A DNA stretch of 64,000 bases from an uncultured Alphaproteobacteria bacterium (GTDB lineage: Bacteria; Pseudomonadota; Alphaproteobacteria; Rhizobiales; Xanthobacteraceae): positions 112,082 to 176,081 of the forward strand of contig CAVXIL010000002.1 in assembly GCA_963761895.1 (NCBI GenBank), given 5' to 3'. Below are positions 55,163-64,000 of this stretch, piece after piece (position 1 is the first letter of the stretch; every line of letters begins with the position of its first letter). Below the pieces are notes generated by a model. It was not told the DNA's origin. It searched no databases and worked only from the letters and a program-made list of their open reading frames with translations. The position numbers and the translations under genes are program-made.

Positions 55163-56965
55163 CTAAATCTTGACAGCCGCGTTACCGATCGCGGGAGCAG
55201 CAACGCTCGCCCGCGCACTTTCCTGGACCATGAATTGAGCCCTTGCGAGTTCCGCAAAACGGCCGCCTTTTGCCACCAGTTCATCGAACGTTCCGCTCTC
55301 GATCACGTGACCGTTGTCGAACACCAGGATGCGCGTGGCGTTGCGAATGGTCGAAAGCCGGTGTGCGATCACGAACGTCGTGCGTCCCTTCATCACTTCG
55401 TCGAGCGCGGCGTTGACCCTGGCCTCGGTGACGGCGTCGAGCGCGCTGGTCGCTTCATCGAGAATCAGGACCGGCGGATCTTTCAGCAGCGCACGCGCGA
55501 TCGAAAGCCGCTGCCGCTCGCCGCCGGACAACAGGCGGCCGCGTTCCCCGGCTTTGGTCTCGAACCCCCGCTCGCTGCGCTCGATGAAATCCAGCGCCTG
55601 GGCGCGCGCCGCCGCGATCCGCAGTTCCTCGTCTGACGCGTCCGGCTTGCCGACGCGCAGATTGTCGGCGATCGAACGGTCGAACAGCAGCGCTTCCTGA
55701 AACACCACGCCGATATTCCGCCGCAGCGCCGTCAGCGTCAGGCCGCGGACGTCCATGCCGTCGATCCGGATGAAGCCCGACTGCGGATCGAACGCGCGAT
55801 GCAGCAAGGCGATCGCGGTCGATTTGCCGGCGCCGGTCGGGCCGACCAGCGCGATGGTCTGGCCGGGCAGCGCGGTGAAGCACAGGTCCTCGACCGCGGG
55901 TCGCTTGCCGTCATAGGAAAACGAGACGTCTTTGAATTCGACAAGGCCCGAGAGCCGGCCGGTGTCGATGGCATCGGGCCGGTCGCGCACCGTTGGCACC
56001 GCATCCAGCACGTTGAAGAATTCCTGCAGCCGCGGCGCCTCCACGAACACGCTGTTGATGAAGCTGACCACCTGTTCGAGCTTCTGGATCAGGATGGTTG
56101 CGAAACTGACGAACATCACGATTTCGCCGACGCTGGTGAGGCCCTGTTCATGCAGCGCGATACCGACGGTGAAGATCGCCAGCACGGTGATGGTGGTCGA
56201 CGTCCGGGTGACGACGGTGACCAGTGCCCACCACGACAGCACCGGCATCTGCACCGCCAACAGCTTGTCGGCGACGAAGCGCAGTCCCTGCACCTCGGCA
56301 TCGATGCGCACGAAGCTTTGCACCAGCGCGACATTGCCGAGCGCATCGGAGGCGCGCGCGGAAAGATCGCCGTAATGGGCCTCGACCTCGCTTTGCATAC
56401 CGTAGGTCTTGCGCACCACGAGCGTCGTCAGCACCGTGAACACCACGCACAATGCGAACAGCACGATCGCCAGCCGCCAGTTGATGTAAAGCGCCAGCGG
56501 CAGCAGCACCACCAGCGACATGATCGCGGCGAAATGCTCACGGAAAAATCCGAGCCACAGGCGCCACAGCGCATCGGTACCGTTCAGCATCACTTTCATC
56601 AGGCGGCCGGAATGGGTGCCGGTGTGGAAAGTCAGCGGCAATTGCATGATGTGTTCGAAGTAATTGGTCAGCACCGCCTGGCGCTGGCGGTGCGCCAGCC
56701 GATCGGCGTGGAGGGCCACCGCCGCACTGCACAGAATCGTGAACAGGGCAAACGCCGCCCAGGCCGCCAGCAGCGGCCAGGGTGACGATCCGTAGGAGCC
56801 CGCGGACGGGCTGCCGGAAAGAGCGTCGACGATGCGGCCGAACAGCACCGGTTCGGCGAATTGAGTACCTGCCAGCAGCAGATTGGCGCCGGCGAGCATC
56901 CAGCCTAGCCGGGCCTCCTTGCCGAGCAGTTCGAGGACGCGTGTATAGAGGCGAAGCAGGGACAT
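55163..56965 (-). CDS. ndvA: ABC exporter, fused permease/ATPase, NdvA/ChvA (cyclic glucan exporter)-like
   Basis: 600 aa. The N-terminus [14 protein letters not shown]...[13 protein letters not shown] resembles NdvA. Walker [18 protein letters not shown], Walker B LILDEATS. Confidence 0.65.
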   Translation of the reverse strand: MSLLRLYTRVLELLGKEARLGWMLAGANLLLAGTQFAEPVLFGRIVDALSGSPSAGSYGSSPWPLLAAWAAFALFTILCSAAVALHADRLAHRQRQAVLTNYFEHIMQLPLTFHTGTHSGRLMKVMLNGTDALWRLWLGFFREHFAAIMSLVVLLPLALYINWRLAIVLFALCVVFTVLTTLVVRKTYGMQSEVEAHYGDLSARASDALGNVALVQSFVRIDAEVQGLRFVADKLLAVQMPVLSWWALVTVVTRTSTTITVLAIFTVGIALHEQGLTSVGEIVMFVSFATILIQKLEQVVSFINSVFVEAPRLQEFFNVLDAVPTVRDRPDAIDTGRLSGLVEFKDVSFSYDGKRPAVEDLCFTALPGQTIALVGPTGAGKSTAIALLHRAFDPQSGFIRIDGMDVRGLTLTALRRNIGVVFQEALLFDRSIADNLRVGKPDASDEELRIAAARAQALDFIERSERGFETKAGERGRLLSGGERQRLSIARALLKDPPVLILDEATSALDAVTEARVNAALDEVMKGRTTFVIAHRLSTIRNATRILVFDNGHVIESGTFDELVAKGGRFAELARAQFMVQESARASVAAPAIGNAAVKI

Positions 56966-57049
56966 GCCGTGGCGGCTCGCGGTCGGCGGGGGCGGACGAT
57001 CGTCAGACGCATTCTAATCAGGGATCGTCGCCGGGATACAGCCGTTCGC

Positions 57050-58120
57050 TCAATTTTCGGGCTGGTTGACCAGGCGGTCGCTGAGGGGAGGCAGGAAACT
57101 ATTGTCGAAAATATCCGCCGCGGACGGCCGCTTCTGGAATTTGAAATCCTCGGCGATTTGACTGATCGACCGGTCGAGGCGAGCCGGATCGACGCCGCCG
57201 ATGCCGTTGCGCTTCACTTCGCCGGTGAGGAGGTTGTCGCTGATTACATTGCGCAGGCGCTCCAGCTCGAGATCGGGCGATCCGTCCCCCATCTGACCGG
57301 CAACTTCGTTGGCCGCGCGCACGGGCTCCTTGATGGCCAGATACAAGCCGGCAATCGCTGCGCGCAGAAAGCCCTTCACGGCCTCGGGCCTTTTGGCGGC
57401 GAACGCCGGATTGACGATCACCGCGAACCCGTAGGCCTCGCAGCCATAGTCGGCATATCGAAGCACTGCCAGGTCGTCGGCCGGAACGCCGCGATCCCTC
57501 AAATTGACCGCCGACAGATACGAAAATCCGGCCACGGCGTCGACCTGACCGGCCGACAGCATCGGCTCGCGCACGGCGGCACTGATTTTGTCGAACGTCA
57601 CGTTGGCGATCTTGATGCCGTTCTGCCGCGCCAGCGCCGGCCAAAGCCGGATCGAAAGATCGCCCTCGGCGACGCCGAGCGTTTTGCCCTCGATATCCGA
57701 GAGCGCGCGGATACCGCGGCTTTTGCGGCCCACGATGGCGTAGGGCGATTTGTTGAACAGCACGAACACGGCCTTGACCGGCGGCGCATTTGAACTGCCG
57801 CGGAAGCGGATCAGTTCGTTGATGTCGATCAGCGCAAGATCGCTGGTACCCTCGGCGACGCGCGCAATCGCCTCCGGCGACCCGCCGGCGACATCGGTCG
57901 TGACCGCGAGGCCTTCCGCCGCAAACAAGCCGCGGGTCGATGCCAGCACGAAGGGGGCCGCGCCGGCGTTGATCGGACGGTCGTAGGAAAACTCGATCGC
58001 GATCGGTTGCCGACTGGCATCCGCCGCCCGGCTGTCTCCTGCGCCGGGGCAGACAAAACCGAGCAGGCCCATCAGCGAAGCCAAAATGCAGCGGACGGTT
58101 GTTGTCGGAGTGAAGCGCAT
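57050..58120 (-). CDS. NMT1/THI5-like (NitT/TauT-type) ABC substrate-binding protein, orphan
   Basis: Signal peptide with PBP type-2 pattern (GLFAAEGLAVTT, GKTLGV, VDAVAGF). No permease or ATPase gene is adjacent. Confidence 0.75.
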   Translation of the reverse strand: MRFTPTTTVRCILASLMGLLGFVCPGAGDSRAADASRQPIAIEFSYDRPINAGAAPFVLASTRGLFAAEGLAVTTDVAGGSPEAIARVAEGTSDLALIDINELIRFRGSSNAPPVKAVFVLFNKSPYAIVGRKSRGIRALSDIEGKTLGVAEGDLSIRLWPALARQNGIKIANVTFDKISAAVREPMLSAGQVDAVAGFSYLSAVNLRDRGVPADDLAVLRYADYGCEAYGFAVIVNPAFAAKRPEAVKGFLRAAIAGLYLAIKEPVRAANEVAGQMGDGSPDLELERLRNVISDNLLTGEVKRNGIGGVDPARLDRSISQIAEDFKFQKRPSAADIFDNSFLPPLSDRLVNQPEN

Positions 58121-58329
58121 TGGGCTTTCCGGACCGCAGCTAACCGCGCCGGACATGTCTGTTTCATGACACCCGAAACGGCCGTGAACACTCTGGCGGA
58201 CGAAGTCTGAACGTTCGATGAGCGGCGCGATTTCGCCACCTCGCGTTCAGCTTGGGTTCGGATTCGGGAACCTAACACGAGGCTCCGCGGTTAGTGACCG
58301 GAGGCGGGCTGTTACGGAGGATATTGAGG

Positions 58330-58746
58330 ATGTTTGCGCGAAAAGGAGTGTTTTCATTCATTGGCCGCACCGCCGTGATGGCGACCGTTGCGGCAGTCGC
58401 ACTGACGGTAGTCGAGCCGTCGCTGGCGCTCGCCGGGCCCGTGCCATCAGGCAAGGGCCTGTCGGCCGCGACCAGCGTTACCACTGACATCAGTGCCCGC
58501 CGCCGGTTCTACCGTGGCAGCGGCGGTGCAGCCGCAGCCGCTTTCGCCGGCATCGTGGGCACCGGCCTGGCGATCGCCGCGAGCCAGAACCGCGCAGCAT
58601 ATGCTTATGATGACGGTTATTATGGCGGCGGACCCGGCTACTACGGCGGCGGCCCGGTCTATTACGGCGGTGGCCCCTATTATGGCGGATATGGCTATGG
58701 ATCGAGCGTGCCCTATTTCCATGGTCATCCGAACGCCGGCTGGTAA
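58330..58746 (+). CDS. secreted Gly/Tyr-rich protein (YYGGGP repeats)
   Basis: RBS GAGGA then ATG 58330. Signal peptide, one hydrophobic segment, then DDGYYGGGPGYYGGGPVYYGGGPYYGGYGYG. Followed by a strong terminator. Confidence 0.6.
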   Translation: MFARKGVFSFIGRTAVMATVAAVALTVVEPSLALAGPVPSGKGLSAATSVTTDISARRRFYRGSGGAAAAAFAGIVGTGLAIAASQNRAAYAYDDGYYGGGPGYYGGGPVYYGGGPYYGGYGYGSSVPYFHGHPNAGW

Positions 58747-58763
58747 ATCCCGCCCCATCATTG

Positions 58764-58798
58764 ATTTGCCGGCGACCTTTGCGTCGCCGGCAAATTTT
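58764..58798 (+). terminator. rho-independent terminator
   Basis: Perfect 12-bp stem TTTGCCGGCGAC/GTCGCCGGCAAA, 6-nt loop, then TTTTT. Confidence 0.7.
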
Positions 58799-58848
58799 TA
58801 TGCCTGGGCGTTAACGCGCTGGCCACAGGTTTGGATTAGTTTTGGGGG

Positions 58849-59250
58849 ATGAGTGATTCGCTCGAGCGGCTTTATCTGGCGGTGATCGCGGCCAAGGATC
58901 TCGATCCGGCAATTTCGCGAACCGCACGGCTGTTTCAGCGCGGCCCGGACAAGATGGCCAAAAAGCTGGCTGAGGAAGCCATCGAGGTCGTGATCGACGC
59001 CGTCAACGGCAATCCCGAGGCGGTGGTCCGCGAGAGCGCCGATCTTCTCTACAATCTCACCGTTTTGTGGGCGTCGGCGGGCGTACGGCCCGAGGACGTG
59101 TGGCGCGAAATGGAGCGGCGCGAGCACATGCTCGGGATTGCCGAGAAGCTGCCAAAATCGGCCATGAAAATGCCCAAGGCGCCGTCGCCGCACGCCGCCA
59201 GGCGACCAATTGTCGCGCTCGAAGGCCGCGGCCTCCGCAAACGGCACTGA
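58849..59250 (+). CDS. hisE: phosphoribosyl-ATP pyrophosphatase
   Basis: LERLYLAVIAAKDLDPAISRTARLFQRG..KMAKKLAEEAIEVVIDA....EAVVRESADLLYNLTVLW is the HisE/MazG-like signature, with an extended basic C-terminus. Confidence 0.85.
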   Translation: MSDSLERLYLAVIAAKDLDPAISRTARLFQRGPDKMAKKLAEEAIEVVIDAVNGNPEAVVRESADLLYNLTVLWASAGVRPEDVWREMERREHMLGIAEKLPKSAMKMPKAPSPHAARRPIVALEGRGLRKRH

Positions 59251-59312
59251 ACCTCCTTCAATTCCACGCTCCCCGGCATGGACAAATCCGCTCCATGGTG
59301 GTTCATCGCGCC

Positions 59313-59894
59313 ATGCTGAGACGGATTTACAATTGGTGTATCGACGCTGCGCATAAACCATACGCGCTGTGGGTCATGGGCGCCGTCGCGTTCGCGGAGA
59401 GCTCGTTTTTTCCGGTGCCGCCGGACGTGATGCTGATCCCGATGTCGCTGGCGCGGCCGCAGCGGGCCTGGCTGTACGCCGCGATCTGCACCGCGACCTC
59501 GGTCGTGGGCGGCATGCTTGGCTATATGATCGGCGCGCTGCTCTACGATTCCATCGGACACTGGCTGATCGAATTCTACGGCCTTGGCGGCAAGGTCGAA
59601 GCCTTCCGCGAGTCCTACGCCCATTGGGGTGCCTGGATCATTATCGGCAAGGGCCTGACGCCGATTCCCTACAAGCTCGTCACCATCACCTCGGGGTTTG
59701 CTGGCTACAACATCTGGCTGTTCGTGATGTGCTCGATCATTGCGCGGGGCGGCCGCTTCTTCGTGGTCGCCATCCTGCTCAACCGCTACGGCGAATGGAT
59801 CCGCGTCAGGATCGAGAAACATCTGGGGTTGTGGGTGGCGATCGGCGCCGCCGTGCTGGTGCTTGGTTTCTTCATCGCATTTCGAATGATCTGA
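59313..59894 (+). CDS. YqaA-family (DedA/SNARE-associated) membrane protein
   Basis: AFAESSFFPVPPDVMLIPM and GKGLTPIPYKLVTITSG. Start could be 59295 or 59313. Confidence 0.8.
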   Translation: MLRRIYNWCIDAAHKPYALWVMGAVAFAESSFFPVPPDVMLIPMSLARPQRAWLYAAICTATSVVGGMLGYMIGALLYDSIGHWLIEFYGLGGKVEAFRESYAHWGAWIIIGKGLTPIPYKLVTITSGFAGYNIWLFVMCSIIARGGRFFVVAILLNRYGEWIRVRIEKHLGLWVAIGAAVLVLGFFIAFRMI

Positions 59895-59950
59895 AGACGG
59901 CCCGCGAAAGGCTTTGCCGTTTCGCGGGCCGTCAGGTTACGCTGGATGTC

Positions 59951-60553
59951 ATGCTTGATCGAGCCGGCCATCTGATCGCGCGGACGAGGGTGCATGTCGC
60001 GGCCGCGGCTGCAGCGATGTTGACGCTGATGGTTGTCGCCGGCGCCGGTTGGTCGCAAGCAGCGCCGCCGTCATCCACGCTCGGTATCCAGGACCCGGCC
60101 CAGCCAGCGGTACCGGACCGGCCGCCGCCCCAGCAAGGAGAGCCCGCATCCTTACCTCCTGCGCCGGCGCGCGAGGAGAACCCGGGCTTGCTCCACGAAA
60201 TGGGCAAGCTGTTCGAGAAATCCCTGTCGATCTTGCCGCCGCTCAAGAGCCCGGGCGACACCATCGACGATTTGAATGCACGCGCCAGGGATGCCGGCGA
60301 CACCTTGTCGCGTCTGGCCATGCCATCCTCCATGGTGTCGGGCCGCATGATATGTGCGGTTTCGGCCGGCGGCGCGCCCGACTGCAAGGTCGGCGCCGAC
60401 AGGCTCTGCCAGAGCAAAGGTTTCAAGGAAGGCAAGAGCCTCACGGTCGATTCCGCGGAAAAATGCTCCGCGAAGGTGTTGATCCCCGGCCGGACCCGAA
60501 AACCGGACGACTGCCGGACTGACAATTACGTGACCCGAGCGCTGTGCCAGTAA
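59951..60553 (+). CDS. exported hypothetical protein
   Basis: 200 aa with a TM/signal segment (AAAAAAMLTLMVVAGAGW), a Pro-rich linker and a Cys-containing C-terminal domain. Only this part of the 394-aa track ORF looks coding. Confidence 0.55.
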   Translation: MLDRAGHLIARTRVHVAAAAAAMLTLMVVAGAGWSQAAPPSSTLGIQDPAQPAVPDRPPPQQGEPASLPPAPAREENPGLLHEMGKLFEKSLSILPPLKSPGDTIDDLNARARDAGDTLSRLAMPSSMVSGRMICAVSAGGAPDCKVGADRLCQSKGFKEGKSLTVDSAEKCSAKVLIPGRTRKPDDCRTDNYVTRALCQ

Positions 60554-60673
60554 CGCGGGATTGGGCTGACGCTGCCGGCGTGTCGCAGGCGCAATTGCCT
60601 TGTTGGTATGATGTCTGGCATCTTTGGGGCCATGCCTGACCCTTCCCCTGAACAAGCCAAAGGATTCTGTCAA

Positions 60674-61642
60674 ATGTCCATGCCTGCCTTGTTTCGGGGT
60701 CGTCTGTCGATTCCCGTGATCGGTGCGCCGCTGTTCATCATTTCGGTGCCGGATCTGGTGATCGCGCAGTGCAAGGCGGGGATCGTCGGATCGTTTCCGG
60801 CGCTCAACGCCCGTCCGCCTGATCTGCTCGACGAGTGGCTGGCGCGGATCAAGCAGGAACTTGCCGCGCACGACATGGCGCATCCCGACCGGCTTTCGGC
60901 GCCGTTCGCGGTAAACCAGATCGTGCACCGATCGAACAACCGGCTCGAACAGGATCTCGCGCTGTGCGAGAAGCACAAGGTGCCGATCATCATCACCTCG
61001 CTCGGCGCACGCGAGGAACTCAATCAGGCCGCCCATCGCTGGGGCGGCATCGTTTTTCACGACGTGATCAACCAGAGATTTGCGCACAAGGCGATCGAGA
61101 AGGGCGCGGACGGCCTGATCCTGGTATCCGCCGGCGCGGGCGGCCATGCCGGCGAGATATCGCCGTTCGCCTTCGTGGCGGAGACCAGGCAATGGTTCGA
61201 CGGGCCGATCGCATTGTCGGGCGCGATCGGCAACGGCCGCGCGATCCGCGCGGCGCGGATGCTCGGCGCCGACTTTGCCTATATCGGCTCGGCCTTCATC
61301 GCCACCACCGAAGCCAACGCGGTGGAAGGCTACAAGCAGATGATCACCACCTCGACCGCTGAAGACATCGTCTATTCCAACCTGTTCACGGGCGTGCACG
61401 GCAATTACCTGAAGCCGTCGATCGTCGCGGCCGGCATGGATCCCGACAACCTTCCGGAGTCGGATGCGTCAAAGATGAGTTTCGGTACCGACGCGTCGGG
61501 AGAGCGCGCCAAGCCAAAAGCCTGGAAGGAAATCTGGGGCAGCGGCCAGGGCGTCGGCAGCGTCGGCAAGATCCTGCCCGCCGCCGAATTGATCGCGCGG
61601 TTCAAACAGGAGTACGACGACGCCGTCGATCTGCCGCTCTGA
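60674..61642 (+). CDS. nitronate monooxygenase / NAD(P)H-dependent flavin oxidoreductase (NMO family)
   Basis: IPVIGAPLFIISVPDLVIAQCKAGIVGSFP, GADGLILVSAGAGGHAG, YIGSAFIAT. Confidence 0.85.
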   Translation: MSMPALFRGRLSIPVIGAPLFIISVPDLVIAQCKAGIVGSFPALNARPPDLLDEWLARIKQELAAHDMAHPDRLSAPFAVNQIVHRSNNRLEQDLALCEKHKVPIIITSLGAREELNQAAHRWGGIVFHDVINQRFAHKAIEKGADGLILVSAGAGGHAGEISPFAFVAETRQWFDGPIALSGAIGNGRAIRAARMLGADFAYIGSAFIATTEANAVEGYKQMITTSTAEDIVYSNLFTGVHGNYLKPSIVAAGMDPDNLPESDASKMSFGTDASGERAKPKAWKEIWGSGQGVGSVGKILPAAELIARFKQEYDDAVDLPL

Positions 61643-61652
61643 CCAGGACATG

Positions 61653-62236
61653 ACATCGTGTCCCGGACGCGGTGCAGCGTTCTTCACGCTGCTCCGCAGA
61701 GCCGGGACCCACGTGGTCGCACACAAAGACGGACCCCGGACCAGCAGCGCACCACGCCGCAAGCGCGGCGCGCTGCGCAGCATCCGGGGAACGTAACCCC
61801 GAAAACGGAAAAGCAGATGGACGCCATCTATCGCGCCGACGGCAAGCACATCGTGTCCCGGACGCGGTACAGCGTTCTTCACGCTACTCCGCAGAGCCGG
61901 GACCCACGTGGACGCACACAAGGATGGACCCGGATCAGCAGCGCACCACGCCGCAAGTGCGGCGCGCTGCGCAGCATCCGGGGAATGTAACCCTGAAACC
62001 GGAAAAGCAGATGGACGCCATCTATCGCGTCGACGGCAAGCACATCGTGTCCCCGGACGCGGTGCAGCGTTCTTCACGCTGCTCCGCAGAGCCGGGATCC
62101 ACGCGGACGCACACAAAGATGGACCCGGGATCAGCAGCGCACCACGCCGCAAGCGCGGCGCGCCGCACAGCATCCGGGGAACGTAACCCCGAAAACGGAA
62201 AAGCAGATGAGCGCCATCTATCGCGTCGACGGCAAG
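61653..62236 (+). repeat. ~2.9 copies of a 194-196-bp tandem repeat (REP family G + gene 5' end)
   Basis: Units start at about 61653, 61847 and 62041. Each holds the hairpins GTGTCCCGGACGCGGTGCAGCG.../CAGCAGCGCACCACGCCGCAAGCGCGGCG..., then GGAAAAGCAG-ATG and 13 codons (MDAIYR.DGK). Confidence 0.9.
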
Positions 62237-62980
62237 CGCGTCGTCACCAGTCCCGATGCGGCCGGTCCCTGGGATCCGCACATGCAGCACGGCTCGGCGC
62301 CGGCCGCCCTTGCGGTCTGGGCCGCCGAAGCGATCCCGACGCGAGAGCCGATGCAAATCGCGCGCGTCACCATCGACCTGATGCGCCCGGTGCCGGTAGC
62401 GCCGCTGACGCTCGAGACCGAGGTGCTGCGCGAAGGGCGCAAGATCCAGCTTTGCGCGGTCAGGCTGCGCGCCGGGGACGTCGTCGTGGTCGGCGCGACA
62501 ATCCTCAAGGTCAAGACCCGGGCGCTGACCTTGCCGTCAGCTGTCGGGGACCAGCCCGTCGAACTTCCCGGACCCGGTCAGGCGCGCGAAGAGCAGCCGG
62601 ATTTTTCCGGCAGTCCTTTTGTGTCGGGCATTTCGATGCGCGCCGCCCGCGGCCGCTTCGGCGTTCCCGGTCCCGGTGCGATCTGGTATCGGGTCGACCG
62701 GCCGCTGGTCGAGGGTTCGCCGGTTTCGCAGGCCATGCGGGCCGTGGTTGCCTCGGATTTCTGCAACGGCACCTCCGCTGTGCTTGATTTTCGAGAGTGG
62801 ACCTTCATCAATGCCGATCTCACGGTCAGTTTTGCCCGTCCGCCGACAGGTGAGTGGATTTTGCTCGATGCGGAATCCTGGATCGGTCCTGATGGCACGG
62901 GCCTCGCCATGGCCCGGCTGGCCGACAGCAGCGGCTATTTCGGGCGCGCCGTCCAAAGCCTCGTCATCGAGAAGCGATAA
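62207..62980 (+). CDS. thioesterase-superfamily protein (acyl-CoA thioesterase, double hotdog-like)
   Basis: 257 aa with QHGSAPAALAVWAAE and a DLMRPVP...REGRKIQ pattern. The start codon is the third of three repeated ATG contexts. Confidence 0.7.
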   Translation: MSAIYRVDGKRVVTSPDAAGPWDPHMQHGSAPAALAVWAAEAIPTREPMQIARVTIDLMRPVPVAPLTLETEVLREGRKIQLCAVRLRAGDVVVVGATILKVKTRALTLPSAVGDQPVELPGPGQAREEQPDFSGSPFVSGISMRAARGRFGVPGPGAIWYRVDRPLVEGSPVSQAMRAVVASDFCNGTSAVLDFREWTFINADLTVSFARPPTGEWILLDAESWIGPDGTGLAMARLADSSGYFGRAVQSLVIEKR

Positions 62981-63081
62981 ACGGCGGGCGGCTGCTTGGC
63001 CCAATGGGCGCCCTCCAAAATAGTTCCATTTGCCGGGAACCGCAGGATGCCCTAGCGGTTTAAAGCCGGTTAGGGGGTCGT

Positions 63082-64000
63082 ATGAACTCAGTTGAATCAA
63101 TCGCCGGGAAGGCGAAGACCGGCATTTGGGGGCTGGACAACATCCTGTCGGGTGGGTTTTCGCGTGGGCACCTGTTCCTGGTGGAGGGCGCGCCCGGGAC
63201 CGGCAAGACCACCATTGCGCTGCAATTCCTGATGGAGGGCGCGCGGGCCGGAGAGAAATGCCTCTACATCACCCTCTCCGAGACCGACCAGGAACTGCGC
63301 GACGGCGCCGCCTCCCATGGCTGGACGCTGGACAAGCGCGTTGAGGTATTCGAATTACTGCCGCCGGAGAGTCTGCTCGATGCCGAACAGCAGCAGAGCC
63401 TGCTTTATTCATCGGATCTCGAACTCGGCGAGACCACCAAGCAGATCTTCGAGGCGGTGGAACGCGCGCGGCCGAGCCGGGTGGTGTTGGACAGTCTCTC
63501 CGAGATCAGGCTGCTGGCGCAAAGCTCGCTGCGCTACCGCCGGCAGATTCTGGCAATCAAGCACTATTTCGCGAAATTCGGCACGACGGTGATGATGCTT
63601 GACGATTTGACCGCCGAGCTCGCCGACAAAACCGTGCACAGCGTCGCCCATGGCGTGCTGCGGCTTGAAGAGCTGGCGCCGTCTTACGGCGCCGAGCGGC
63701 GGCGCGCGCGAATCATCAAGTATCGCGGCGTGAAGTTTCGCGGCGGCTATCATGATGTGACCATCACGACCGGCGGGCTGAACGTCTTTCCGCGGCTGGT
63801 GGCGTCTGAGCATCGCAGCAACTTTGTGCGAACGACGATGTCAAGCGGCATCGCCGAGCTCGACAAACTCCTCGGTGGCGGCATCGAGGCCGGATCGAGC
63901 ACGCTGATTCTCGGACCCGCCGGCACCGGGAAGTCCCTTGCGGCGATCGTCTTCATCGTCGCAGCGATCGAGCGTGGCGAAAAGGCGGCGCTGTTCGTGT
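63082..64000 (+). CDS. KaiC-like double RecA-fold ATPase, 5' part (runs off the right edge)
   Basis: Not in the ORF track because no stop lies in the window. My translation: MNSVESIAGKAKTGIWGLDNILSGGFSRGHLFLVEGAPGTGKTT...; a second domain starts SSGIAELDKLLGGGIEAGSSTLILGPAGTGKS. Confidence 0.85.
   Translation, partial: MNSVESIAGKAKTGIWGLDNILSGGFSRGHLFLVEGAPGTGKTTIALQFLMEGARAGEKCLYITLSETDQELRDGAASHGWTLDKRVEVFELLPPESLLDAEQQQSLLYSSDLELGETTKQIFEAVERARPSRVVLDSLSEIRLLAQSSLRYRRQILAIKHYFAKFGTTVMMLDDLTAELADKTVHSVAHGVLRLEELAPSYGAERRRARIIKYRGVKFRGGYHDVTITTGGLNVFPRLVASEHRSNFVRTTMSSGIAELDKLLGGGIEAGSSTLILGPAGTGKSLAAIVFIVAAIERGEKAALFV

Noticed and set aside
55799-56785. 328-aa plus-strand ORF, and the 60152-61399 415-aa minus-strand ORF
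   Set aside because: These are shadow frames of the ABC exporter and the NMO gene respectively, with Arg/Gly/His-rich composition and no motifs.
59369-60553. 394-aa ORF treated as one gene
   Set aside because: The first ~190 codons overlap the YqaA gene in another frame and are Arg/Gly-rich. Only the part from ATG 59951 has signal-peptide and domain-like features.
61672-62787. 371-aa plus-strand ORF spanning the tandem repeat and the thioesterase gene
   Set aside because: It is the translation of the REP tandem array read through into the wrong frame of the thioesterase gene. The frame starting at 62207 gives the conserved hotdog protein.

Overview
High-GC alphaproteobacterial chromosome segment. 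Gene order (murA-DUF2948-hisD-UPF0262-LMW-PTP-maf-yacG-tRNA-Phe; DUF1013 / ispH-thrB-rnhA; peroxiredoxin, fadD, DD-carboxypeptidase, ndvA-like exporter) and the palindromic intergenic repeats look Bradyrhizobiaceae-like; that assignment is from memory of synteny and repeat types, not from a search. I support about 70 protein genes (housekeeping, transport, redox), 2 tRNAs (Thr-GGU, Phe-GAA), one IS110-family element, at least 7 REP/MITE-like repeat families (roughly 3 kb, about 5 % of the window by hand tally) and three genes broken by single-base indels (bioB, an alpha/beta hydrolase, a chloroperoxidase-like esterase). I found no rRNA, CRISPR array, prophage or recognisable defence system. 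The long ORFs antisense to recognised genes are high-GC shadow frames. Observations most worth a second look: (1) a near-perfect 24-bp palindrome with ModE-operator architecture between an orphan modA-like gene and a TonB-dependent receptor; (2) a 2.2-kb islet (catalase-related protein + cytochrome b561) bounded by a 23/24-nt direct repeat of the tRNA-Phe 3' end; (3) an IS110/IS1111-type element with definable ends and a 266-nt non-coding 3' flank, a bridge/seek-RNA candidate; (4) a triplicated ~195-bp tandem unit that copies the RBS, start codon and first 13 codons of a thioesterase gene; (5) a decayed island remnant next to tRNA-Thr; (6) a KaiC-like ATPase cut by the right edge and absent from the ORF track. 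All family calls rest on motif recognition by eye and all coordinates were hand-counted.
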